Source: Amoebidium appalachense
Taxonomy: Eukaryota; Protista; Ichthyosporea
DNA length: 64,000 bases
Direction: 5' to 3'
Assembly (NCBI GenBank): GCA_963693365.1
Contig: CAVNZM010000001.1
Span: 9,440,907 to 9,504,906, forward strand
The position numbers were made by a program, and so were the translations under genes. Of the stretch, positions 39,107 through 64,000 are shown one piece after another (position 1 is the stretch's first letter; each line of letters begins with the position of its first letter). The notes beneath the pieces are model-generated. The model had not been told where the DNA came from. It ran no database searches and worked only from the letters and a program-made list of their open reading frames with translations.

Positions 39107-39596
39107 AGGGGGGGGGGGGGGGAAGTAGGGGGGAGTAACAGTAACAAGCAATTCAGTGTGGAGTTGTGCTGTCTGGCCTCTCTTCCTGCTCTTCATGTTC
39201 TTTTTCATTTCCCCCCCCTCCCCCCTCACCACTCAACCCGCCTCCTCCCTTCCCCACCAACTCTTTGGTTCTGTGCTCTCTTTCTTGTGGGATGTTTCAT
39301 GTGCAGATGCAAGTTTCTTTCACGTGACCTTCCCCCCCCCCCCCCCCCCCCCCCCGTCCCCCCCTTCCTCTACCACAACCCCAAATACTGCTCCCTGCAT
39401 CCGCACACTCGCACACACAGGATAAACACACATACACACCAACACAACCACATACACCCATGCGCGAGCTCACTCTTCTTTCGTTTCTCCTCAATTTGAA
39501 TCTCCTTCCTTATCTTGCCTTCCATCCCCCCCCCCACCCTTTACCCACCCGCGCCGCCCCCTTCTCCCCCATCCCCCCTTCCCTCCCCCCCCCCCC

Positions 39597-39643
<47 letters not shown>

Positions 39644-39657
39644 ATACACACATGAAG

Positions 39658-47539
<7,882 letters not shown>

Positions 47540-47888
47540 GTGAAATTGCGACCATGAACCCCCCCTCCCCCCACCTTCCTCCTGAAATGTTTCTTTTAAT
47601 GTAAATGCTATAGATCTTGTATTAACCCGAGTCCTCGTACATATGGTGCAAACGTTCAAGTTCTGATATGCTATGTCATTCGTTGTAATTTGCTGCTATT
47701 GGGAAATCCTTTCTTACCTTTTCCGCCCGCTTGGGAGTTGACCCTGGGTATCTGTTGAAAACCAAATCTTGACAATCACATTTAACCCCATCATACTACA
47801 TGTGAACATGGTTGCATTTACACATAGCACATTTGTATTATCGTTGTGTTTGGTTGGCTTTGGCGATGACTTAGCATTAGGACATGAA

Positions 47889-47937
<49 letters not shown>

Positions 47938-48126
47938 TGTGTCTGTGTGTCTGGTGTGTGTGTGTCAAGAGCATACGCCTACCCCAGCAGTATATAGACC
48001 CCAAACTGGGGTTGCATATGCTTGCTGACAGCCAGAGTATAATTGAAGACCCGGATACGGGGGACTTGGTTCAAGTCAGGTGTGTGTGTGCTGTGTGTGT
48101 GTGGGTAAATGGATGTGTGTGCGTCT

Positions 48127-48238
<112 letters not shown>

Positions 48239-48618
48239 CGACAAGAGCGTGTGCCTACCCCAGCAATACATAGACCCCAAACTAGGGTTGCATATGCTTG
48301 CAAATAGCCAGAGTATCGTTGAAGACCCGGATACGGGGGATTTGGTCGTGTTTGGGTGGACTGAAGGGAGGGGGGGGGGGGGGGGGGGGACCTGTGTGTG
48401 TGTGTGTGTGTGTTAAGAGCTTGTGCCTACCCCAGCAGTACATTGACCCCAAACTAGGGTTGCATATGCTTTCAAATATCCAGATCCCCCGTCCTCCCTT
48501 CCCTCGATCCAATTATGACACCTTCCAGACCCGCAGGCACACATTCCATCCGTCCCCTCCACCCCTCGCTCACACACGGGAACCAAATCCACCGCACACA
48601 CTCACTCCCCCCCCCCCC

Positions 48619-48649
<31 letters not shown>

Positions 48650-48696
48650 ACACACATACACACACACTCACTCACCCTCTCCCCCCCGACACACAG

Positions 48697-48973
48697 GTTC
48701 AATAACTACGACCGTGCACCTCTCGACTACGCCCACGTCAAGCCCTCCCTCCACCGCGAGCTCTACTCCGCTCTTCGCCTGCTTGAAACACGCATTCGCG
48801 CACCCGAAAACGAATACCGTTTCCTTCTTACCCCAGGAAATCTAATGATATTCGATAACTGGCGTGTGCTTCACGGGCGGAGCGCGTACACGGGAACGCG
48901 CCGTCTGTGTGGTTGCTATATTGACAGAGATCTGTTCTTCAGCAAGCTTAGGTTCAGTGGGGTTGGTTTGTAA
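48697..48973 (+). pseudogene. Duplicate terminal exon of the trimethyllysine dioxygenase gene
   Basis: Identical to 47263-47539, with an intact acceptor site. Confidence 0.85.
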
Positions 48974-49576
48974 GTGAAATTGCGACCATGAACCCCCCCT
49001 CCCCCCACCTTCCTCCTGAAATGTTTCTTTTAATGTAAATGCTATAGATCTTGTATTAACCCGAGTCCTCGTACATATGGTGCAAACGTTCAAGTTCTGA
49101 TATGCTATGTCATTCGTTGTAATTTGCTGCTATTGGGAAATCCTTTCTTACCTTTTCCGCCCGCTTGGGAGTTGACCCTGGGTATCTGTTGAAAACCAAA
49201 TCTTGACAATCACATTTAACCCCATCATACTACATGTGAACATGGTTGCATTTACACATAGCACATTTGTATTATCGTTGTGTTTGGTTGGCTTTGGCGA
49301 TGACTTAGCATTAGGACATGAACAGATATACAACCGAGATATATGCACGGCTGCATAAGTAAGGGCATACAACCCCGTGTTAGACTTAGTCATGTATGCC
49401 CGCGCTGTTATGTAGTAGTTATTGTGTTGCCTTGAAAGGTGCCACTATGGATCGTTGGTAAATTGGGCAAATTAAACCACAAATGAGGAAGATATTTGAG
49501 AACGCTTGGGTTCAAATATAATAGATGGAACACAGAATGAGCTATTTTCTCCCTTATATTCCGAACTCGGGCTCCT

Positions 49577-49637
<61 letters not shown>

Positions 49638-49720
49638 CATTTCAGAGCACAAATGTGTGTATCAAAACATGCCGGTGCAATTCTATGGACGATGTACCCT
49701 GAATAGCCCCCCCCCCCCCC

Positions 49721-49768
<48 letters not shown>

Positions 49769-50054
49769 TAGTACCCACATACACATTGTGACACCCACAT
49801 TCGAGATAAAAGTTCAACGCATCAATCGATCGGCCACTACAACAACAAAACTGGAAACAAATTTTATCAACACATCTATACGTTGTACATGCATGCAAGT
49901 ATAAAAGCCAACTAATCCTCCTGATTACAGATGCTCATCCCATCCGCCTGACTTTGACCGTGCGCATGCATGCATCTAGCATGACAACGACCGTGTAAGC
50001 TCTAAAGCTCTGTAACATGCAACTATCAATAGTAAACGTGCGGGGGGGAGGTGG

Positions 50055-50089
<35 letters not shown>

Positions 50090-50521
50090 AAATCGTGTGA
50101 TTTACAGCCAATCAATTATCATTCATTCGCTTTATTTATACAAATTATGGGTCATGATATTCAAATCCCTTGATCTCTGTTTACGACAACACATGCTTGA
50201 GAGCCAGCTCAAGCTATTTATGCGAAAAAAAATTTGACTTTAAACCTTCAAGGTCAAAAATTTCACACAACGAATAAAGAAAAAAACGACAAAAAAGGGT
50301 TCTTGCAGACAACACAAAAACAAAACAGAATTTGACTCAACTAAAATCACGAGGAAACCGATCTCTTTTTTACAATCTACGCAGACCTTTTCTCTCACTT
50401 TTGTGCATATCTACACAGCGCAGTTTGGTCCGCGGAAGCACACAGTACAGATAAATTTACAGCAGTCTTAAAACTGAAGATAGCACCTTCAACGGAATTT
50501 TTTCCACATATCGCAAGGCAA

Positions 50522-55535
<5,014 letters not shown>

Positions 55536-57282
55536 GGTTGAAACAACGCTGGAATCAGAATTGAATGACGAGGAAATTTATGAATTGATGGTTTCGACTT
55601 CAGCAGGCGGAATCTAACGAAAATAGAACCCGGTGTTTACTTGGACAGAAAAAGGAAACCCAAAAAAGGAAAAAGAAATACTAGCAGTTCAAGAGCTCCT
55701 GGGTGAGTAGATGGTGTGCATGTGCCCAAGTGTGCGTCAAAACCTGTACGCAAATATTTCTGCAAGTCTGTGTCAGAGCGCGTGCATGTGTGAAAGCGCG
55801 TATGCTGCACTTAGGTACAGGTGCAATGGCGTGCGTGTGAATCTACGCCTAATCTATGTGACTTGCTATGGTTACTGGTGTTCCACGCTCTGAAAGCACG
55901 AAAACCCCTCACTGCGTGCAGCCACTCTTTCATTTGCCAATCTGGTCGACACAACTCACAAATGTTTGACACAAACTAAAACGTCTAAAAGTAATACACA
56001 ACGTCACACTATATTTAGGCTGCCACGGAAACACATAGGCTAGAAAAGAATCTGTAGGAGTAATCAAGCTAGTAAGGTGTTGCCGGTGTCTACGTGTCAG
56101 TTGTAGTGCTCCCAGCATTATGCTGGCCCACACACATGGATCTTGACTACTCCCAGATCGACTACAACAGCAACGTGACTATGGACTAATTAAAATGTTG
56201 CTATGGTATGGGTCAGGCTGGGTGATGTTGAGTCATGTGACTCGGTCATGATGTGACGGAAAATTCCTGTCTAAGTAGGCAAACATAACATTAAAAAATC
56301 TTTTAAGCTTTTTTAAAAGATTTTTGGAAGTTTTTGCTCTATTTGAATAAAGGTCGTTTCATATAGATACACTAGCCCTTAGTGACCAGCATATTGAAAA
56401 TAAAGTGTTCATCCAATCAAAGAACAGACATGTTGCTTGCCATTGCAGCGTGTCATCCACAGATGCACCAATTATTGCTCCACGACGAAATCTTGTGCCA
56501 ATCAGATACGCGAACGCTGAGCCATTACAGGGTAGGGAATCTACATATAAATAAGACGACCTTTACAAAAAAAAAACACCGTCCGCCCCTCACTGCACGC
56601 TGGGCCCGGAATTTTTGTCTTTTACGTATACGGTTATTTTAGTTTTTTCGCCAAAATCATACCAAACAGGTATAATAAATATTCTGACTGAAAATTTTCA
56701 CTATTGTAGTGGAATATTCACAACTCCGGGCATCGTATAGTATATGTAATCCGGGCCGGACTGCGCCAGAGTGATCATGCATGGACGCCGATTATAGAAA
56801 ATCCATGTTGTGAATCTCCTAATATTCGGGAAACTTGTCGAAGAGCGCTGCTAGTTGTACACCCTGGCCCCAACTACAATACGTGATGACCCGGGATGAG
56901 TTGACTCGTACGCGTACGCGTGACGATATCCGGCAGCCGGCTACAACATGGTCGACGTCTAAACTGCAGCTGTGTTTGTTGGGGAGGAGAAAAGACAATG
57001 GGTGGAGAGGAGAAGTTGAAATACCCTGTGCCTATCATCTTCAATTCAAAAAAATTGTATTAGAAAACGAGTTATGGTCCGGGAATTACCTGATGGAACA
57101 CCTTACTAGTCATGGTTGCGAAGTTTTTAACCCAGCACTTGGACAGATGTTCTTAGGGCACACAATAAAATGCGAGCAAGCAAAGGCCTTAGCACGACTA
57201 GAATTTTTGCATGATGCAAGTTGGATAGACGTTGTATTGTGTAAACGTAGTTGTACTTTGCACCATTTCTGCGCTCTAAACC

Positions 57283-57316
<34 letters not shown>

Positions 57317-59248
57317 TCTCTCTTTCTCTCTCTCCCCCTCTGCCCCCGGGGCTTCCCTCCTTCCCCGGTTCTAAACCACAGTAGATGCTCACGGTGCAAC
57401 CGTCAGATAGCGTGACCCCAGCTTTGCACTGAGTCAGCGAAGAAAAGATCTTTAACGTTGCCGATCTGTTCATACCCAGCTAATAAATATATGCCTTGCT
57501 TTGCCTCACGCTCCAAATCCCCGCGCCCATCCCTCCCGCTTTCCCCTGCGGTTTATTTTTCAAAAATGGAAGCGAGTCAACCGGACTCGTGCAACGCAGC
57601 ATTTGCCTACACTCCCCCCCCTCCCCCCCCCTCCCCCCAACCCCCTCCTTCCCCCTCCCCCCCCTCCCCCCCCCCCCCCCCCCCCCCCTCCCCCCTCTCC
57701 CGGGCCCCCAATACCTACCACCACCACGACGACCACCACCACCACCCACCTCAAATTGCCTCGAACCCTCGCCTTTGGGTTCCGCCCCGGCGAGCAATCC
57801 GTCATGCTGTAGGCGTTGCTTTTGTAAAGCATCGGGTACTAAGTAGGCATCAATCCAAGTAAATATATATATATGGAAAATGGCCTTTGAAGGATTCAGC
57901 TTGGCTGCGCCCATTGACAGGTTTTGTTAACAGTGACTAGACCGCGTTCAAACCATCGACTCGCACTCAAGGCTTCCTACTCTAGCTGAGGCCTTGGTTG
58001 CACAAATGCCTCCTTTGAGGAGCCACGTCTTCTTCTAAGGTCGCCACAGTGCTGCACTCGCACCAAGGCCGCCTACTGAATAGCACTCCTGTGTGTGTAC
58101 TGTATAAAGGAGACCTTGGTTGAAGCTTGGCCGAACTCTGGCAGGCTCGGTGGCGCCACAAGTCCAAAACTTCCAAAAAGGGATACGGACCAAGAGGGCC
58201 CACCAATGAAACTCTAGTAGTGGCTGGAGGAAGTTCCGAGGAACTTCAGAGGAAGTGGCTCATCTTCGACACATCGACGAGTCGACCGCCGCTGTCGACG
58301 CAGGCGGAAACGGTGGCTTGAACGTAGTCTGTCGAGGCCCGTCAAGGGCCCTTTCAACATTGTTCAGTCGGATTCCTCCAGGTCAGCGCCCTCAGTGTCC
58401 CGAGCGCGTCGAGCTGCCTCGCCGGTTGTCCACGGGGTCAAGCGTACTGCGAAGGTTTGTTGGAAGCCCCACTTCCTCATCACCGGCAAATCTGGCGCGT
58501 AGAACACGCACCCCTCTTGCACATGTGCGTGGCTAATCATAGTGCTGTAGTGCCATCACTGGTTGTCCGCAGCACGTGCACGGCTCGACAATGCGTCGTG
58601 CGCATCAGACGCGGGCTTGGTTGGCGATGTATTGGTTACCCTAGGTTGTAGGTAGGTGTTTGTGAGCCACACAGGTCAAGCTTGTAGCTGAGAATAGCCG
58701 GTGGTATGGTCGAGGCTATGGGCTGCCTGGCACATGGCCCCTTTTTAGCATATCCCGAGCTACATAGTTTACTGCACACGGAATGCTGTCTGTTTTTCTT
58801 ACGCTTCTGCTTGTTTCTGGGCTAACTACGACTTGGTTTGCCTTGAGATGCGAAGTGGGGCAACTTTTGAAGGGCAGATGGGCATTGAAATAATGGTTTC
58901 ATCTGGTAGATTAGTTTTAGGTTTTTGGGCCACCTGGTTGTTTGAAGCCACGATCATAAATGCTCCTCTTCCGTGTCTTAGACATGTGCTGCCAATGTGT
59001 GCTTTTTGAAGCTGATCGGGTCAAAAATTATCCGACTTGAGAGCAAAACTACGAGATCCGGGGACTTACAACCTTGTTCCCCTTGTAACAAATAGAGATA
59101 TGGAATGTTTATAACAAATCCGGAAAGCCAGAGTCACATCGGTGGCATCGAGCCCCTATTACATATTGTCTACTTACGTCGAGTCCGACTGCTGCCTCGT
59201 GATGTTTCCCGGTGACAACGATTGATCTTGCTTTTAGAAAGTAAACAC

Positions 59249-59723
59249 ATGGTGAGGCATGCTCTACGAAAACCTAGTGTGGCCAAAAGGGCATGCCTGA
59301 GGCTGCTGACCATTTCCAAACTTGAAAAGGCACCACCGGAGTTAGGAGAAGGGGTTCAAAACAGACTACGTACCCCGCCAGACCAGCAAAATCTAGCCGC
59401 TGCCACCGGCTATGGTATGTGACGTTTACCGATTTCCTAATATATATGGTAGTAAATCCGTGCGACGTCATATATCATAGCAATTATATCCCCTTAACCG
59501 GGAATATCTCCCCCCTCCCCCCTCCCCCCCCCCCCCCCCCGCCCCCGCCCCGCCCCGCCCCCCGGCCGCCAGCCTGGCCACCCACCCTTTTACCAAATTC
59601 TTGCTAGCTAGAGAGGCATGTGAGGAATGATCTAGAAGAAGGTGCAGGGGATAGGGCAGGGCGCAAGATGGATTGCGCTAAGGGGAAGGGGGAAGAGGTG
59701 GTGTTGGTTTTTTTTTTTTTTTT

Positions 59724-59754
<31 letters not shown>

Positions 59755-60241
59755 GGAGTGGGGGAGGGGGGAGGGGGGTTGAAGGGCCTGACGGAAGCAG
59801 CAAGATGCCCTCCTGCCTGCCATAGCTGTCACATAAGCAAATTTATCACTGACGCTACTTAAATCCTTTTGTGGACACATTGCTGATTTCGTCTTTTTGC
59901 AAGGGGGGGGGGGGGGGGGGGGGGAGGGGGGGGGGGTGGAAGGGCTTGACTGAAGCAGCAAGATGCCCTCCTGCCTGCCATAGCTGTCACATAAGCAAAT
60001 TTATCACTGACGCTACTTAAATCCTTTTGTGGACACATTGCTGATTTCGTCTTTTTGCAAAGGACGCCGATCCAAAACAGCTGTTTGGCGATCCGAACCG
60101 GGTAGCTCATCCTGGACCGAAAAAAACGCTCGAGCTGATCCTTCAGAGTGCACTGGTATCCGGCCACAAGATGTGTCTCTCCGCCTTGGGGGATCATTTG
60201 ATCTACCCCAGAGCCACGCTGGTCTACGTATGTACCTCCCC

Positions 60242-60272
<31 letters not shown>

Positions 60273-60275
60273 AAA

Positions 60276-60314
<39 letters not shown>

Positions 60315-60319
60315 TACAT

Positions 60320-60350
<31 letters not shown>

Positions 60351-60840
60351 TGCACATGCACATTCACGCGGGCGAGGGCGTGCACAAAGACAAACACACA
60401 CCCCCCGTTGTGGCCTCCATCAAGCCAAGTTTTTTATGTGGTTGTGTGTGAATTGAATTCTCATAATTACAGAGGTGTGTCTTCCCGTTCAAAACCATAT
60501 ATACCTGGCCCCAGCCCGTAGTCAGGATCATAGACTACCCTACAGAATATTTCAAGTCTTATACCTTCCTCAATGGTTTGAAAAAGTTGCGGGTTTTGGG
60601 ACGAAGACACCGTGGAGTTACAGCATTAAAAGCCCGATCAACCACAGAATTGTTGACTTTAAAAGAGTGGACAGCTCCCCCGTCACGATCTGAGAATCTA
60701 TGATTTATTTTCTGCCGGCTCACTGACGTAACCAGTAAACTCTGCATGTATGTTAGTGTAATTAATGGGAACAAGTGTCATGGTATAGGCCGAAGGCCTG
60801 CAAACAGTTTGTTTAGTTTTTATACCTTTGCTGATTGTCA

Positions 60841-60935
<95 letters not shown>

Positions 60936-61497
60936 CGTGCGTATGTGCCTGTGTGCCTGTGTGCGTGCGTGTGTGGTGGTGGTGGTGGTGGTGGTGGTGG
61001 TGAGGGGATGGTGGGGGAAGAGGGACACAGGGGGACGGGGAGCCCGGCCGGGGGGGGGGTAATAATAAACTGTTATGATGTTTGTATTCGATTATCGGCA
61101 ATGGCTGTTCCTTTTCGCAACAACTTGATGCCCGCCTCAACAACCATCTCTCACAATTTCTAACATGACATTTGGGGCAAACAGAACCCAGAGGGCCGCA
61201 ACCTGCCGCCAAGCCAAGATGTGCAGCCAGTCCCACCGGCACCCATAATCCCAGGTATAAAATTTTCTTTTGTTGTTGCTCTCCATGCTCTCACACTGCA
61301 TGGACACACAAACACGCACATGGAAACACAAGGGGAGCACGACACGCTCGTGCATGCTACAAACTCATGCTAGCACGCCTGTGCACCTCCGCTCTTCCCC
61401 ACGCCTTTACCTTGCCAACCGTCCTTTTCAAGATCATCAAGGTCATTTCTAGTAGATTCACAAATCCTTTATCTGCAGTAGAAAGGGGCACAGGGGG

Positions 61498-61543
<46 letters not shown>

Positions 61544-61652
61544 GGTGGCAGGGGTAGCTCCGGAGGTGGGGGGGAAGGGGGATGGAGGAGGGAATGTGGG
61601 GTGGGGCGGGGGGGGGGCTGTATGTGTGCTGCTGGTGTCGTGGAGGATAAAT

Positions 61653-61685
<33 letters not shown>

Positions 61686-63442
61686 GGTTAAGCGGAGTGT
61701 TTTGAAGGAGGTTTTATGCATGAGGATGTGTGCATGCCTGAAAGGCATAAGCCCATGGTGTGTCTGCACATGCATGTTTGAGCGTGTGCAATTCTTTTAC
61801 TCCCGGGGGTGGGGGGGGAGGGGGGGGGGGGGGGGGGGGGGGTGCCTCAAAAAAAAAAAAGAGAGATTAAAAAGGAAGGGGGGAAGGGGGGGGGGGGTGG
61901 GGGGGGGGGGTTAGGTAATGTTAATTTCTGGTATTTGTTCGCCAGGACACCAAGTGGCGGACCAGATGGCGGCCCATGTGGGTGAAATTGGTGAGGCAAA
62001 TAGAAATGAGCCAGAGGAAGGAGCAATGGGAGGTAGGAATGGACGTGCTGCCAAGGGAAGCCGGCAGGATATGGAGGAGGGAAAGGGAGAGATGGAAGAA
62101 GGAAGGCCATACGCTGTGGATTCAGAGGGGAGCGGTGGTTGGCGCAAGAAAGAAAGAAGGATGGGGCATGGGCATGGCAGAAACGAAAGCAGTGGGCAGG
62201 GACTTGAAGATGGAGAGAGGGAGGACCAGATGGATACAGGAGGGAATACAGGCGATACTACTGAGGAAGAAGACGGAGGAATGGAAGCCGGGAGCAAAGA
62301 TAGGGGAGATGGCGATGTGAAGGATGATATGCCGGACCTTGAAGAACGAGGCAGGGATGTGGACGGGGAGGCATGTGGCTGTGGGGGTTCGGAGTATTAC
62401 GTTGTGAAGGAGGATATGTCTATGGCAGAGGACGGGGAGGAAGGAGTGGAGGGCGGTGCAGGCGCAGGCCGGAGCGTGGGCTTTGCAGGAAGAGAGGGCG
62501 CCGGCGCAGGTAGTGCCGGATATGGGAACACAAAGGAAGAACCCATTCTTACTCAGCCTTCGTCGGAAACAGGTACTCCCCTCCCCCTCCCCCCCCCCCC
62601 CCCTCCTCCCCCGCCGCCCCCCCGGAGCCACACACTCACCCATGCACACGTGAAGACACATCTGCCTCTGCACACCGTCCGCTCAACACCACCACCTTCC
62701 ATCGCATCCCAAAACACCTCTTCCTCTCAGGATTCACTATTTCGAATTTGCGTTTGGGGGGAGGGGGAGGGGGGGGCGGGAGGGGGTATGTGTGTGTGTG
62801 TGAGGGAGAAGGAAAAAAGAAATGGAAGAGAGAAGTCCAGAAAAAAAGGAGACTCCTATAAATTCTCCAAGAGGGGGAGAAACAAAAGCAACAGATTGCT
62901 ATGATCCCCATGATGGGTGCAACCTTCTCCCAGGCTTTCGGCGATGAGTATTTCGTAAAGACTTTACGCCTGCTATCGGTCTTTCTGTCTCTAATTGTTG
63001 CCACGCCTTCACCATAATGCACTTTACTATGACTGTAAATCCGTTGGGCTTATTTAGGCATCCACCTCAACAGAGACAACGAGAATTTCCCCCCAGCAGC
63101 GTGACCGAAACGAGCTCTCTGCCAGCCAAAAACGGACATTGGAGCCTTCTGCGGCAAGTGCAAGAGGAATGAGACCAAAGCGATACAGGTAATATTCACC
63201 CTTTTTCTTCTGCCTTGGCTCGTTTTTTGTGCTCTTGCTGTATGCTGCGGGGTGAAGTTGTTGGTAGGCAAACAATTCAGCTTTTCAGGCGTCTCTGTCA
63301 ACGCCTGGCAGATGTTTCGTGCCGATTGAGGTGCGTGTGTGCGTGTGTGGTGGTTGTGGTTGTGGTTGTGGTGTGTGTGTTGCGTGTTGTGAATTGTGTG
63401 CGCGGGTGGGCGCGCATGCTTGTAGGTGTGTGTGTGTGTGGT

Positions 63443-63476
<34 letters not shown>

Positions 63477-63562
63477 GCAGAAAATCTTCTCATTTTTTAC
63501 ATCAGAGAGTTTTGAAGTTGCTCCAGTAAGATAGTTGAGGTTCACAATCCATCCCTCCCCTA

Positions 63563-63595
<33 letters not shown>

Positions 63596-63820
63596 ACTTC
63601 TGCTCCTCCGGTAAACACACACCCGCATGCACACACACATACACACACACACACCACACACACACACAAACACACCCGTGCACGCGCGCGCACACACACA
63701 CACACTCACATGCACACACTCACTCACACAATCACTCACACACACACACACACACAAATCGTAGACAGACACACACAGGCCTCAGAGAGAACGCCCTTTT
63801 AACAACAACAAATACTCAAG
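59249..63820 (+). pseudogene. Unidentified multi-exon gene or pseudogene
   Basis: Phase-consistent exon candidates 59249-59414, 59612-59697 and 60063-60227. Further exon-like islands at ~60472-60747, ~61940-62572 (Glu/Gly-rich), ~62900-63188, 63281-63330 and ~63779-63820 are separated by microsatellite introns, and several contain stops. No recognisable domain. Confidence 0.35.
59781..60062. repeat. Tandem duplication of a ~123-bp intron 3' end (59781-59903 and 59939-60062) separated by poly-G
   Basis: gaagggc.tgac.gaagcagcaagatgccc...gctgatttcgtctttttgcaa(a)g occurs twice. Confidence 0.9.
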
Positions 63821-64000
63821 TAACGATAGGTAAAAAAAGAATTTTTAACCACCACCCTTAGTGAAGAGACGTGTTCAGAGCAATCAACACCCGTCAAATG
63901 AGTTTATGTATATTTATCTCATGAGTGGGGTGGATGTTCTACAAACAAGTTATGCGTCTTTTTTGCAGGTTCGATCCGCCAATGTGAGAATATGGCCAGC

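Noticed and set aside
56835-59200. Coding-like, microsatellite-poor stretch (possible decayed transposase or gene)
   Set aside because: The frames I translated are interrupted and show no motif I can identify. A translated homology search is needed.

Overview
Eukaryotic genomic DNA, intron-rich and repeat-rich. The gene types suggest a fungus-like or unicellular opisthokont, but the species cannot be fixed from this window. It is saturated with poly-C/poly-G runs and (CA/GT)n and (CT/GA)n microsatellites, which create most of the spurious Pro/Gly/HT/CV/ER ORFs in the ORF track. Content from left to right: (1) a near-identical segmental duplication (1-~5.1 kb and 13.2-~18.3 kb) carrying an intronless gene for a small secreted Cys/Trp-repeat protein and a tRNA-like relic; (2) a composite non-autonomous DNA element (5.6-8.7 kb) with a 5'-truncated LINE inserted in it, flanked by a 7-bp TSD; (3) a nested TE cluster (20-37 kb) with a truncated minus-strand Ngaro/DIRS-type element, a degraded Ty3/Gypsy element, a structurally complete Ngaro-type tyrosine-recombinase retrotransposon with A1-ORFs-B1-A2-B2 split direct repeats whose recombinase ORF appears to need splicing, and a second LINE fragment; (4) a trimethyllysine dioxygenase gene (+ strand, 11 exons reconstructed) whose last intron holds several codon-conserving 'echo' copies of the preceding exon end, plus a tandem duplicate of its terminal exon and a 132-bp-arm foldback element; (5) a convergent 5-exon UNC-93-like MFS transporter gene (- strand); (6) an unidentified, probably decaying multi-exon gene at the right end. 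All alignments and counts were made by eye, and homopolymer lengths and frameshifts at homopolymers may be sequencing errors.
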